Source: Malacoraja senta
Lineage: Eukaryota
Direction of reading: 5' to 3'
NCBI GenBank assembly: GCA_038087875.1
Contig: CM075998.1
Coordinates: 3,846,001-3,910,000 of the forward strand
Length of the DNA stretch: 64,000 nucleotides
Every line of letters begins with the position of its first letter. The first letter of the stretch is position 1. The notes under the pieces were generated by a model that ran no database searches, was not told where the DNA came from, and saw nothing but the letters and a program-made list of their open reading frames with translations. Shown here in pieces: positions 1-9,528 of the stretch. The position numbers and the translations under genes are program-made.

Positions 1-74
1 TATGGAGCGAAGGAAATAGGCAACGTTTCGGGCTGAACCCTTCTTCAGATTGATTTAGAAACTGCTGATGTACG

Positions 75-427
75 TTCATAAGTTATAGAAGCAGAATTAG
101 GCCATTCAGCCCATCAAGTCTACTCTGCCACTCAATCATGGCTGATCTTTCTTTCCCTCAACCCCATTCTCCTGCTTTCTGCCCATAACCCCTGACACCC
201 GTAGTAATCAAGAATCTATCAATTTCCAAGCCAAAAGTATCTATTGGCTTGGCCTCCACAGCCGTCAGTGGCAATGAATTCCAGATTCACCACCCTCTGA
301 CTAAAGAAATCCGCCTCCTTTCTCTAGGGACGTCCTTTTATTCCGAGCCTATGGCCTCTGGTCCTAGAATCCCCCACTAGTGGAAACATCCTCTCCACAT
401 CCACTCCATCCAGGCCTTTCACTATTT
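75..427 (-). mobile_element. CR1 LINE 3' fragment
   Basis: Reverse complement of the CR1 3' end found at 30890-31235 and 39375-39700. Confidence 0.8.
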
Positions 428-844
428 GAAAGTGCGGATATATCTACAAGCTGCAAGCAAATCATGCAGTCACACATGGTGTGGATGCTGTCTGCAAGCT
501 AACCTTTATGTGTTGCGGCACTACCTGAACAGATTTGGTTTCTCAGCACCCACGATATGTCCACTCCCGAATTAACTTCCTCACCAGCATTGCCGCTCAG
601 AACAATATCAGAATACATCTGTTTTAGGAGACTGCTGGGAAACCATAAGCAACAAAAACAAAAAGCTATTCCCCATTGCTTCAAAGTGAAACAAAATATG
701 TCTATGATCAGCAGCTTGGATTATAGACTTGGATTGTAAATCAGTAGCTGTTGCTGCAAATTAAATATGGTGACGGAAGATGATTTGGAATACAAGCTTA
801 TTCCGAGCTTTCACAAGAGAGGAATTCAAAACTCTTTTTATCTA

Positions 845-1190
845 CGATTGGTGTATAAAAGCATGAGAGGAATAGATCAGGTGGACGCACAGAGTCTCTT
901 TCCCTGAGTGGGGGAAGAGGGAACCAGAGGACGTAGGTTTAAGGTGAAGGGGAAAAGAATCTGAGGGTTAACTTTTCCACACAATGGTGGTGGGTGTATG
1001 GAACGAGCTGCCAGAGGAGGTAGTTGAGGCAGGGACTATCACAACGTTTAAGAAACAATTCGACAGGTACATGGATAGGACAGGTTTAGAGGGATATGGG
1101 CCAAACTCAGGCAAATGGGACTAGTGTAGATGGGACATGTTGGTCGGTGTGGGCAAGTTAGGCCGAAGGGTCTGTTTCCACACTATGACT
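845..1190 (+). mobile_element. CR1-clade LINE 3' fragment (second family)
   Basis: End of ORF2 plus the tail gggcaagttaggccgaaggg...tgtttcc, also present at 39706-40090 and 19927-20330 (-). Confidence 0.75.
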
Positions 1191-1630
1191 ACTGAAAAGT
1201 ATTTAAATTATTTGCAGATCTTTCCATTCTACCTCTACATATGCAGTTGCAATTTACATCTCAACACTCTGTTTGAAACTGGGTGCCCAAACATATGGTT
1301 CTTCACAGTTTATTTAATAATGTATCTTGGGTTGTCAGATTCTTTGCTTGTTGATGCAGCCAAACCACACATATACAGCATCAGCTCTTGCTTTGTGGCC
1401 CAAGAAACATCTTTTATGCCCTCGGCTTAATGTCTGATAAAATGGCCTCACATTGTGTAATGTTGATTTCCTGCTTCGACCATAAGCAGGTGTAAATGAT
1501 GCAAGAGTCGGATTAATGACTGGGAAAAGGGTGACATTCGGTGAGATAAGAAAGAATATGGTCGAACTGAACAACAGCAGAACTCCAAATCTGAGATTGG
1601 GACAAATTAATTCATACGAATCAGAAGTGG

Positions 1631-1979
1631 ACTGGAGGGCGGCAGCTTCGGCCACCCCGGGCCGCGGAGTTTGAACCGGCCCGTCGCGGACGGAGCACGG
1701 AATCAGCCGCGGGACTGACTTACCATCACCCGGCGGGGCCACAACATCAGAAGCCTGGATCGCCTCAGCGCAGAGGGAGAACAAAGAGGGAAGAGACAGA
1801 GACTTTAAGACTTTTGCCTCCATCACAGTGAGGAGGTGCCTGGTGAACTCACTGTGGTGGATGTTAATTTGTGTTTATTGTGTGTTTTGTTATTTATTAT
1901 ATGTATGACTGCAGGCAACGAAATTTCGTTCAGACCGAAAGGTCTGAATGACAAATAAAGGAATCTAAGTCTAAATCTA
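1631..1979 (+). mobile_element. GC-rich non-LTR retroelement 3' end (Rex1/Babar-type tail)
   Basis: CpG-rich body, terminal stem-loop, tgacaaataaa and a (tctaa)n tail. Possible TSD aagtgg at 1625-1630 and 1980-1985. Confidence 0.55.
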
Positions 1980-2104
1980 AAGTGGGAATCAATGACATCT
2001 TTTCAGTTCATTGTCCAAAAGTAGACTGCTGAAATTATCTAAGTGATATTTCCTATAAAGTATTTGAAATTGCCTTGCACATAAAATCCAACTGTGCCAT
2101 TTGA

Positions 2105-2645
2105 TGGTAATTCTGGATTTGGTGTTGTGTAATGAACCAGACTTGATTAGGGAGCATAAGGTAAAGGAACCACTAGGAGGCAGTGATCATAATATGATAG
2201 AATTCATCCTGCAGTTTGAGAGGGAGAAGCTAAAATCAGATGTATCGGTGTTACTGTTGAGTGAAGGTAACTGCAGAGGCATGAGGGGGGAGCTGGCTGA
2301 AGTTGATTGGAAGGGACCCTAGCAGGAATGACAGTGGAGCAGCAATGGCAGGAGACACAGCCACTGTGGCTGAGAAAGGAAATCAAAGACAGCTTAAAAG
2401 CAAAAGAGAAGACATATAACATGGCAAAGATTAGTGGGAAGCTAGAGGATTGGGAAGTTTTTAAAAATCAACAGGAGGCAACTAAAAAAGCAATAAGGGG
2501 GAAAAAGATGAAATATCAAGGTAAGCTAGCCAATAATATAAAAGAGGACAGCAAAAGTTTTTTCAGATATATAAAAAGTAAAAGAGAGGCAAGTAGACTC
2601 AATGGGCTGAATGGCCTAATTCTGCTCCTGTGTCTTATGGTTTTA
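2105..2645 (+). mobile_element. Internally deleted CR1 fragment (endonuclease end to linker, plus 3' tail)
   Basis: Encodes ILDLVLCNEPDLI...EPLGGSDHNMI and LANNIKEDSKSFFRYIKSKR, homologous to the CR1 at 28500-29100. Confidence 0.85.
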
Positions 2646-2711
2646 TGGCCTTTGCTGTGTCCTTTTCTTTTTTTTAAATCCTTTTACTGCCATTGTCATT
2701 CTCACATGCAG

Positions 2712-2930
2712 GTCATAGGAACTTTTCCCTTAGTCATGAATTCAGCTACAATATCAACAACCAATACAGTGACAGCAATACCAGCACAAAGCCTACAAGT
2801 GCAAGCAGTCACACCACAGATGCTGCTGAACGCACAAGGTCAAGTGATTGCGACTGTGATCAGCAACCAGTTTGTACCAGTTCTCAGCCGACAAGGGGGC
2901 CTCCTCTCCCCTGTAAAGACGTTGCAGCAG
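2712..2930 (+). CDS. POU6F1: Class VI POU transcription factor, internal coding exon (219 bp, phase 0-0)
   Basis: cag|GTC acceptor and CAG|gtaatc donor. Encodes VIGTFPLVMN...QSLQVQAVTPQMLLNAQGQVIAT...KTLQQ, matching the POU6 motif QSLQVQAVTPQLLLNAQGQVIAT. Upstream exons were not found in the window. Confidence 0.88.
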
Positions 2931-4361
2931 GTAATCCTTCCGAGATTTATTTTAAGTTCAGTAGAATCTGTTTGCAAGAAACACCATCTATTGTAAATTT
3001 AATTTAAACACTGCAAATTCAGAAGGAATGGCTTCCCTTTATGACCAAGCAGATTTTCTATTAGAACGTCGATATATATTCAATTGAGTTTATTGTCACG
3101 TGTACCGAGGTACAGTGAAAAGCTTTTGTTGCGTGTCAACCAGTCAGCGGAAAGACAATACATGATTACAATCACGGTGTACAGATACATGATAAAGGGA
3201 ATAACGCGAATATCTTTTAGTGCAAGATAAAGCCAGTAAAGTCCGATATCATAGTTAAAGTAAGAAATGTTGCTGTTGGAGTAGGTGGAGCGATGGGAAT
3301 GCGTGATTGCAGATCCACTTCTGTGACTATCACACAAAGAGTCGCCGAGTTTGGGCGCCATCTTGGATATTTTCCCGCTGGCCACAGATCAGGTGCCAGA
3401 TGACTGGAGGACAGCAAAGAAGGGCAGCAGGACTAAGCCAGGTAATGGCAAGCCGGTGGTAGGGAAGTTATTGGACAAAATTCTACACATGGAAAGACAG
3501 GAGTTAATCAAAGATAGTCCGCATCGTTTAGTTAAAGGGAGACCCAGTCTGACCAATTTGATGAAGTGGTAAGAAGGTGAACTGATGAGGGAGTGTGTTT
3601 GATGTAGTCTACATGAATCCCAATTTTCAATTATATGCATTAATGATTTGGATGTATTTATGAGAGATTTGATTAGTTAGTTTGTAGATGACATGAAAAT
3701 TGCTCACCAATGTCTTGTACAGCTCCATCAAGATATCTCAGCTTTTGTAGAAGTTCCTTTCCGGTGAAGGCAAACACGCTAAATGCCTTCTTCACCACCC
3801 TGTCCACCTGGACTCGCCACTTTTAGGCTATACTCACAGATCTCTCAGTTCTGCAACACTATCTAGTGCTCTACCATTTGTTTAACAGTAGATTTGCAAT
3901 CCTTATTTAAGATTTATTCCGATCCAGATTTGTGCTGCTATCTTTTGGTTGTCAGGTTGCCCCATTGAGACGCTGGCCTTTTGCTATGGTGCAAGACATT
4001 CTCCAAGCTCGGCTCGCGTCATATTTGCTGCATAAACTTTGCCTAATCCTAACCCTAATGCAGAAAGAACAAACAATTATGTGCCATCGACCTCCCCTGG
4101 ATTGGCTGCCATGAAGTGCCATCTGCTGTCAGGAACTGAGCATTAACAAGTCAGTCTGAGAGAGAATCTTTTTCATGCTGGGAGCCAGGCATTAAATTGC
4201 CTCGTGCAGCACATCTGCACCTGTTTTGACATTCGCCCAAATAAATTTTGCATCCATCTCACGTGCACCTTGTGCATTTGAAGTAGCATCACCCTGCCGT
4301 CTTTCATATCAATGCTCAACAACAATGGTATGGGGATTAATTTCAGAAGCCATGCGCATCA

Positions 4362-4657
4362 GTTTAGTTTAGTTTAGAGAGACAGCGTGGAAGCAGGCCC
4401 TTCGGCCCACCGAGTCCGCGCCGACCAGCAACCCCCCACACTAACACTATCCTGCACACACTAGGGACAATTTACAATTATACAAGCCAATTAATCTGTA
4501 CATCTTTGGTGTGTCGGAGGAAACTGGAGATCCTGGAGAAAACCCACGCAGGTCACGGGGAGAACGTGCAAACTCCATACAGACAGCACCCATAGTCAGG
4601 ATCGAACACTGGTCTCTAGAGGCAGCAACTTTACCGCTGCGCCACTGTGTCGCCCCC
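4362..4657 (-). mobile_element. tRNA-derived SINE (HE1/V-SINE type)
   Basis: Reverse complement has A-box tggcgcagcgg, B-box gttcgatcc, CR1-like tail and (ctaaa)n. Confidence 0.8.
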
Positions 4658-5538
4658 TGTCAGCTGAATGTAATCTTTCTTTATTAAAGTTATGCATGTC
4701 ACTCTCAAAGTGGAGGTGCTCACTTCCAGCAATCACTGCTGGAAGACGTTGCACAGCTGGGGATGCGGGCAGAGACACCATGGTACTTGAGTGAGCTTGG
4801 GAACAACGCCGGCCTTGGGATGAAATTAAATTTGAATACCCTGTGGACATGTCCCCAGTGGTGGAAGAAATGTAATACATCATTGAATCAGTTGGATATA
4901 GCTCTTGGAGCTAACAGAATCAAGGGATGTGGGGAGAAAGCAGGAATGGGGTACCGATTCGGGATGATCAGCCATGATCACATTGAATGGCGGTGCTGGC
5001 TCGAAGGGCTGAATGGCCTCCTCCTGCACCTATTGTCTATGTTTCTATGAATCCATCAACACATTTTATCTCCCTCCAATCGCATAATGGCAGGAACTCT
5101 GTACCATGCCCACAGACTGTCGGATTGAGGAGAGGGTGCTGGTGCTTGTGGGGTTGTTGGCTGTGACACAGTGTTTGGCCGTTGAAGACGGCAGACGACA
5201 GTATACTCAACTGTAAACTTTCTGGGAAGTTTCTGGGAAGAGGGACCATCAGGACCATATTGAATACCTTTGTAACTTTGTCGGCTCTTTGCATACGGGT
5301 ATTGTCTGGAAAACAAAGAATTTTGTTGTACCAAGTACATGTGACAATAAAATATCAACCAATCAATTCCTGCTTGTAGAATCTAAAAAAGAACTCGAGC
5401 ACCTGGTGGCGTTGAGAGTGAATTTTCTTTGGGACATTCTGGGAATATTTCAGCAGATATTTCATGCTAGGCTAAAGTGTTCTTAATGGAAATCACAAGA
5501 AGAATTTTTTAACTTCATCTGCCCTTCTTTTCCTTAAG

Positions 5539-5671
5539 GTACAAGCTTTCCAGCCAATAGCTACTGTTGCACCACCCAACGTGACACCAGCCGCATCCTC
5601 TGTACCGACTGAACCTCCCGTCACTTCAAGCAACACTCTTTCCAGTGCTAGTGTTGGACAACTGGTCAGCC
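5539..5671 (+). CDS. POU6F1: POU6 internal coding exon (133 bp, phase 0-1)
   Basis: ttttccttaag|GTA acceptor and C|gtatgt donor. Encodes VQAFQPIATVAPP...SSASVGQLVS; SVGQLVS precedes the POU domain in POU6 proteins. Phases join both neighbouring exons in frame. Confidence 0.85.
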
Positions 5672-5912
5672 GTATGTATGAGACAGAACCAGTCGAAAAT
5701 TATCCGGCACTAAATGTGCGCAGTTGCTCATGAGTGAATTGGTGATTCACGAGTTATCACTATTTATATTGACTACCAATATACCAATAACTAGAGTGTA
5801 GAAAGGAACTGCTGATGCTGGCTTATGCCGAAGATAGACACAAAGTGCTTGAGCAACTCAGTGGGTCAGGCAGCATCTTTAGAGAAAAGGTCTGCCCCAA
5901 CCTACCCAGTTT

Positions 5913-6220
5913 CACCGTGGCGCAGCGGTACAGTTGCTGCCGTACAGCGCCAGAGACCTGGGTTCGATCCTGACTATGGGTGCTTTCTGTGCGGAGTTGG
6001 TACATTCTCCCCGTGACCTGCGAGGGTTTTCTCCGGGAAATTCCGGTTTCATCCCACGCTCCAGAGCCGTACAGGTTTGTAGGTCAATTGGCTTGATATC
6101 AATGTAAATTGCCCCTGGTTTGTGTAGGATAGTGTTAGCGTGCGGGGATCACTGGTTGGAGCGGACTCAGTGGGCTGAAGGGCCTGTTTCTGCGCTGTAT
6201 CTCTAAACTAAACTAAATTA
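5913..6220 (+). mobile_element. tRNA-derived SINE (HE1/V-SINE type)
   Basis: gtggcgcagcggt...gggttcgatcc head and gaagggcctgtttc...ctaaactaaa tail. Confidence 0.8.
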
Positions 6221-6564
6221 GAACTTTCACCAAAGAGTCCGGCTGCCTCACCCACTGAGTTACTCCAGCATTTTGTGTCTGGCTCCAAACAATGTCAAAA
6301 GAAGAATCTCATTTGCAGAGCATTTCTAATTTTCTCACAAAGGCATCCTATCTGGAATAATGTCTCAACCAATATCACTGAAAAGCGATTCTCTGGTCAG
6401 AGACTCGTACAACAAGTGCTTATCTAGTTTCTAGTTAAATATTATAAGAGTACCTTCCTCCACCTCGGGTAGTTCTTCTAACATTGCTCATTGTGGGAGC
6501 TGGTTGTCTGCAAATTTACTGTGACATTTCTTACATTACAACAGGGGCCACCCTGAAATGGCTT

Positions 6565-6775
6565 AGATAGACACAAAAAGCTGGAGTAACCCAGCGGGTC
6601 AGGCAGTATCTCTGGAGAGAAAGAATGGGCAACGTTTCAGGTCGAGAAGAAGGGTCTCGACCCAAAACGTCACCCATTCCTTCTCTCCAGAGATGCTGCC
6701 TGACCCACTGAATTACTCCAGCATTTTGCATCTATCTTCGGTGTAAACCTGCATCTGCAGTTCCTTCCTACACTT
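6565..6775. repeat. Fold-back pair of Penelope-derived terminal repeats
   Basis: 6565-6647 is an imperfect reverse complement of 6655-6737. Confidence 0.8.
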
Positions 6776-6857
6776 AAATGGCTTAATTGGCTTTAAAACA
6801 GTTTGGGGCAATGTGAACTTGTGAAGGGTGCTGTGTAAATGCAAGTTCTTATTTTAG

Positions 6858-7026
6858 AGCCTCAGAATGCACCCACTGAGGTGGACGGAATAAACCTGGA
6901 AGAAATACGTGAATTTTCAAAGAACTTTAAGATCCGACGGCTATCTCTCGGGCTGACACAGACACAGGTTGGACAGGCGTTGAGTGCAGCAGAGGGACCT
7001 GCCTACAGCCAGTCAGCTATCTGCAG
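6858..7026 (+). CDS. POU6F1: POU6 exon encoding most of the POU-specific domain (169 bp, phase 1-2)
   Basis: ttttag|AG acceptor and AG|gtaaca donor. Encodes PQNAPTEVDGINLEEIREFSKNFKIRRLSLGLTQTQVGQALSAAEGPAYSQSAIC(R), a class VI POU-specific box. Confidence 0.95.
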
Positions 7027-7093
7027 GTAACAAAGCCACTCAGCTGTTGGTGCACAATGTAATATCTAGCAGGAGAACCAAAGAAGGACACGT

Positions 7094-7673
7094 AGTGCTG
7101 GAGTAACTCAGCGGGTCAGGCAGCATCTGTGGAGAACATGGATAGGTGACGTTTCACAGAGTGCTGGAGTAACTCAGCGGGTCAGGCAGCATCTGTGGAG
7201 AACATGGATAGGTGACGTTTCACAGAGTGCTGGAGTAACTCAGCGGGTCAGGCAGCATCTGTGGAGAACATGGATAGGTGACGTTTCACAGAGTGCTGGA
7301 GTAACTCAGCGGGTCAGGCAGCATCTGTGGAGAACATGGATAGGTGACGTTTCACAGAGTGCTGGAGTAACTCAGCGGGTCAGGCAGCATCTGTGGAGAA
7401 CATGGATAGGTGACGTTTCACAGAGTGCTGGAGTAACTCAGCGGGTCAGGCAGCATCTGTGGAGAACATGGATAGGTGACGTTTCACAGAGTGCTGGAGT
7501 AACTCAGCGGGTCAGGCAGCATCTGTGGAGAACATGGATAGGTGACGTTTCACAGAGTGCTGGAGTAACTCAGCGGGTCAGGCAGCATCTGTGGAGAACA
7601 TGGATAGGTGACGTTTCACAGAGTGCTGGAGTAACTCAGCGGGTCAGGCAGCATCTCTGGAGAACATGGATAG
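7094..7673. repeat. 66-bp tandem array, about 8.8 copies, Penelope-terminal-repeat derived
   Basis: Unit agtgctggagtaactcagcgggtcaggcagcatctgtggagaacatggataggtgacgtttcacag, near-perfect copies at 66-bp period. Confidence 0.95.
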
Positions 7674-8212
7674 TTCATAAGTTCTAGGAGCAGAATTAAG
7701 GGCCTGTCCCACTTTCACAACCTAATTCACGACCTCTGCCGAGTTTGCCCTTGACTCAAACTCGCAACATGGTCGTCACGAGGTCGTAGGTAGGTCGTAG
7801 CAGGCCGTGATGCTAGTCGTAGGTACTCGTGGCATCAAGTAGGTCGGGGCGGTTTTTCTAACATGATGAAAAATGTCCACGAGTAAAAAAAGGTTGTGAA
7901 TTGGATCGTGAAAGTGGGACAGGCCCTTTAGGCCATTCTGTTCATCATGTCTAATTCGCCATTCAATCATGGCTGATCTATCCTTCCCTCTCAACCCCAT
8001 AACCCCTGACACCCGTACTAATCAAGAATCTCCACCTTAAAAATATCCATTGACTTGGCCTCCACAGCCAACTGTGGCAATGAATTCCACAGATGCACTA
8101 CCCCCTGACAAAATATATTCCTCCTCATCATCTTTTTAAAGGTACGTCCTTTTATTTTGAGGCTGTGGTCCTCGAATCTTCCACTAGTGGAAACATGCTC
8201 TCCGCATCCAAG
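7674..8212 (-). mobile_element. CR1 3' fragment inserted in the last array unit
   Basis: Same family as 75-427. TSD tggatag at 7667-7673 and 8213-8219. Confidence 0.85.
7699..7927. mobile_element. 229-bp MITE, probably PIF/Harbinger
   Basis: About 37-bp imperfect TIRs starting AGGGCCTGTCCCACTTTCAC. TTA TSD at 7696-7698 and 7928-7930; removing it restores the CR1 motif gaattaggccattc. Confidence 0.85.
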
Positions 8213-8548
8213 TGGATAGGTGACGTTTCGGGTCGGGACCCTTCTTCAGACTGATTGCAGGGGGGTGGGGTAGGAAGCTGGAAGCAGCCAGGGGCAGAAT
8301 ATTACTTAGCCAGAATATTACTTAGTGTGGAAAAATGAGTTTCTTCTATTTCTTCCCTAAAATGGAAAGTGATAGATGGGGTAGAAAATCAATTTTTTTG
8401 TGGCTAGTGGTGGTTCCATTTTGTTCCATTCTTGAAAACAATCTCTATCTCAAAATATTTGGCTTCACCTTTCCTGTTGCAGAACCTGTTTTTAAAATGT
8501 TAAAGTTATATTTGGAGGGAGTCCGAAATGGAATATTGACCTATAACG

Positions 8549-8932
8549 ATAGACAAAAAATGCTGGAGTAACTCAGCGGGACAGACAGCTTCTCTGGAGA
8601 GAAGGAATGGGTGATGTTTCGGGTCAAGACCCTTCTTCAGACTCTGAGTTACTCCAGCATTTTGTAACTCATTTTGGAGTCAGGGGAAAGGGAGACAGAG
8701 ATATGGAAGGGTAAGGTGTGAAAATGACAGATCAAAGGGGACAAAGAACAAGGAAAATGTAGAATAGATCATTGTTAGCAAGTGGCAGCAAGGCAGACAA
8801 AGATAAAATTAAGTCAGGAGGACTGACTGTCCAAGAACTGGGGTGGGGGAAGGATGGAGAGAGAGGGAAAGCAAGGGTTACTTGAAGTTGCAGAAGTCAA
8901 TATTCATACCGCTGAGCTGTAAACTGTCCAAG
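8549..8932 (-). mobile_element. Penelope-like element 3' fragment
   Basis: Minus strand gives ...LDSLQLSGMNIDFCNFK-stop (same C-terminus as 24268-24474), then the terminal repeat with the ctgaagaaggg...cccgaaac motif. Confidence 0.7.
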
Positions 8933-9122
8933 GCTGTAGTAACAAGTGGAAAATAAAATACCTTGGCCTCATCATTTCATTTTTGCCCATCCTATCACTC
9001 AACAGTCTCCTGAACACACCCCAGATGATCAGAATGAAAAAAAACATTGAGTGCTCGGTTTCTGGAGAGATGGACAATCGGTGAGTTGAACGACTTAATT
9101 GTGCTGTTTTGTCTTCTGCCAG

Positions 9123-9528
9123 GTTTGAGAAATTGGACATCACTCCTAAAAGTGCGCAGAAAATCAAGCCGGTGCTTGAAAGATGGCTGACAGAAGCAGA
9201 AGTGCGGCATCGTGCGGGCATCCAAAACCTCACCGAGTTTGTTGGCAGTGAACCTTCGAAGAAACGCAAACGGCGCACGTCTTTCACACCGCAGGCCCTG
9301 GAAATCCTGAACATCCATTTTGAGAAGAACACCCACCCCACCGGTCAAGAAATGACAGAGATAGCTGAGCAGCTGAACTACGACCGAGAGGTGGTCAGAG
9401 TCTGGTTCTGCAACAAGCGGCAGACTTTAAAAAACACCATCAAGAGATTGCAGCCGAACGACTCGACGGAATCGGGTTCAGGCGAACCATTACTGGACCC
9501 CAAAGTAAACACTGCTGGAACGGGCTGA
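9123..9528 (+). CDS. POU6F1: POU6 last coding exon: end of POU-specific domain, linker, POU homeodomain, stop
   Basis: tcttctgccag|G acceptor. Encodes FEKLDITPKSAQK...KKRKRRTSFTPQ...VVRVWFCNKRQ with TGA at 9526-9528. The symbol rests on adjacency to TFCP2. Confidence 0.95.

Noticed and set aside
2307..2996. 229-aa ORF as a LINE-POU6 fusion
   Set aside because: A CR1 fragment happens to be in frame with the exon; a normal acceptor at 2711 explains the exon.
7094..7673. CRISPR-like array
   Set aside because: Units are contiguous and identical with no unique spacers; eukaryotic DNA with no cas genes.
9000..9122. POU6F2-type alternative acceptor adding about 36 aa inside the POU-specific domain
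   Set aside because: An in-frame TGA at about 9082-9084 blocks an extension of that length.
8904..9348. Antisense ORFs over the POU homeodomain exon
   Set aside because: Shadow frames of the real + strand exon.
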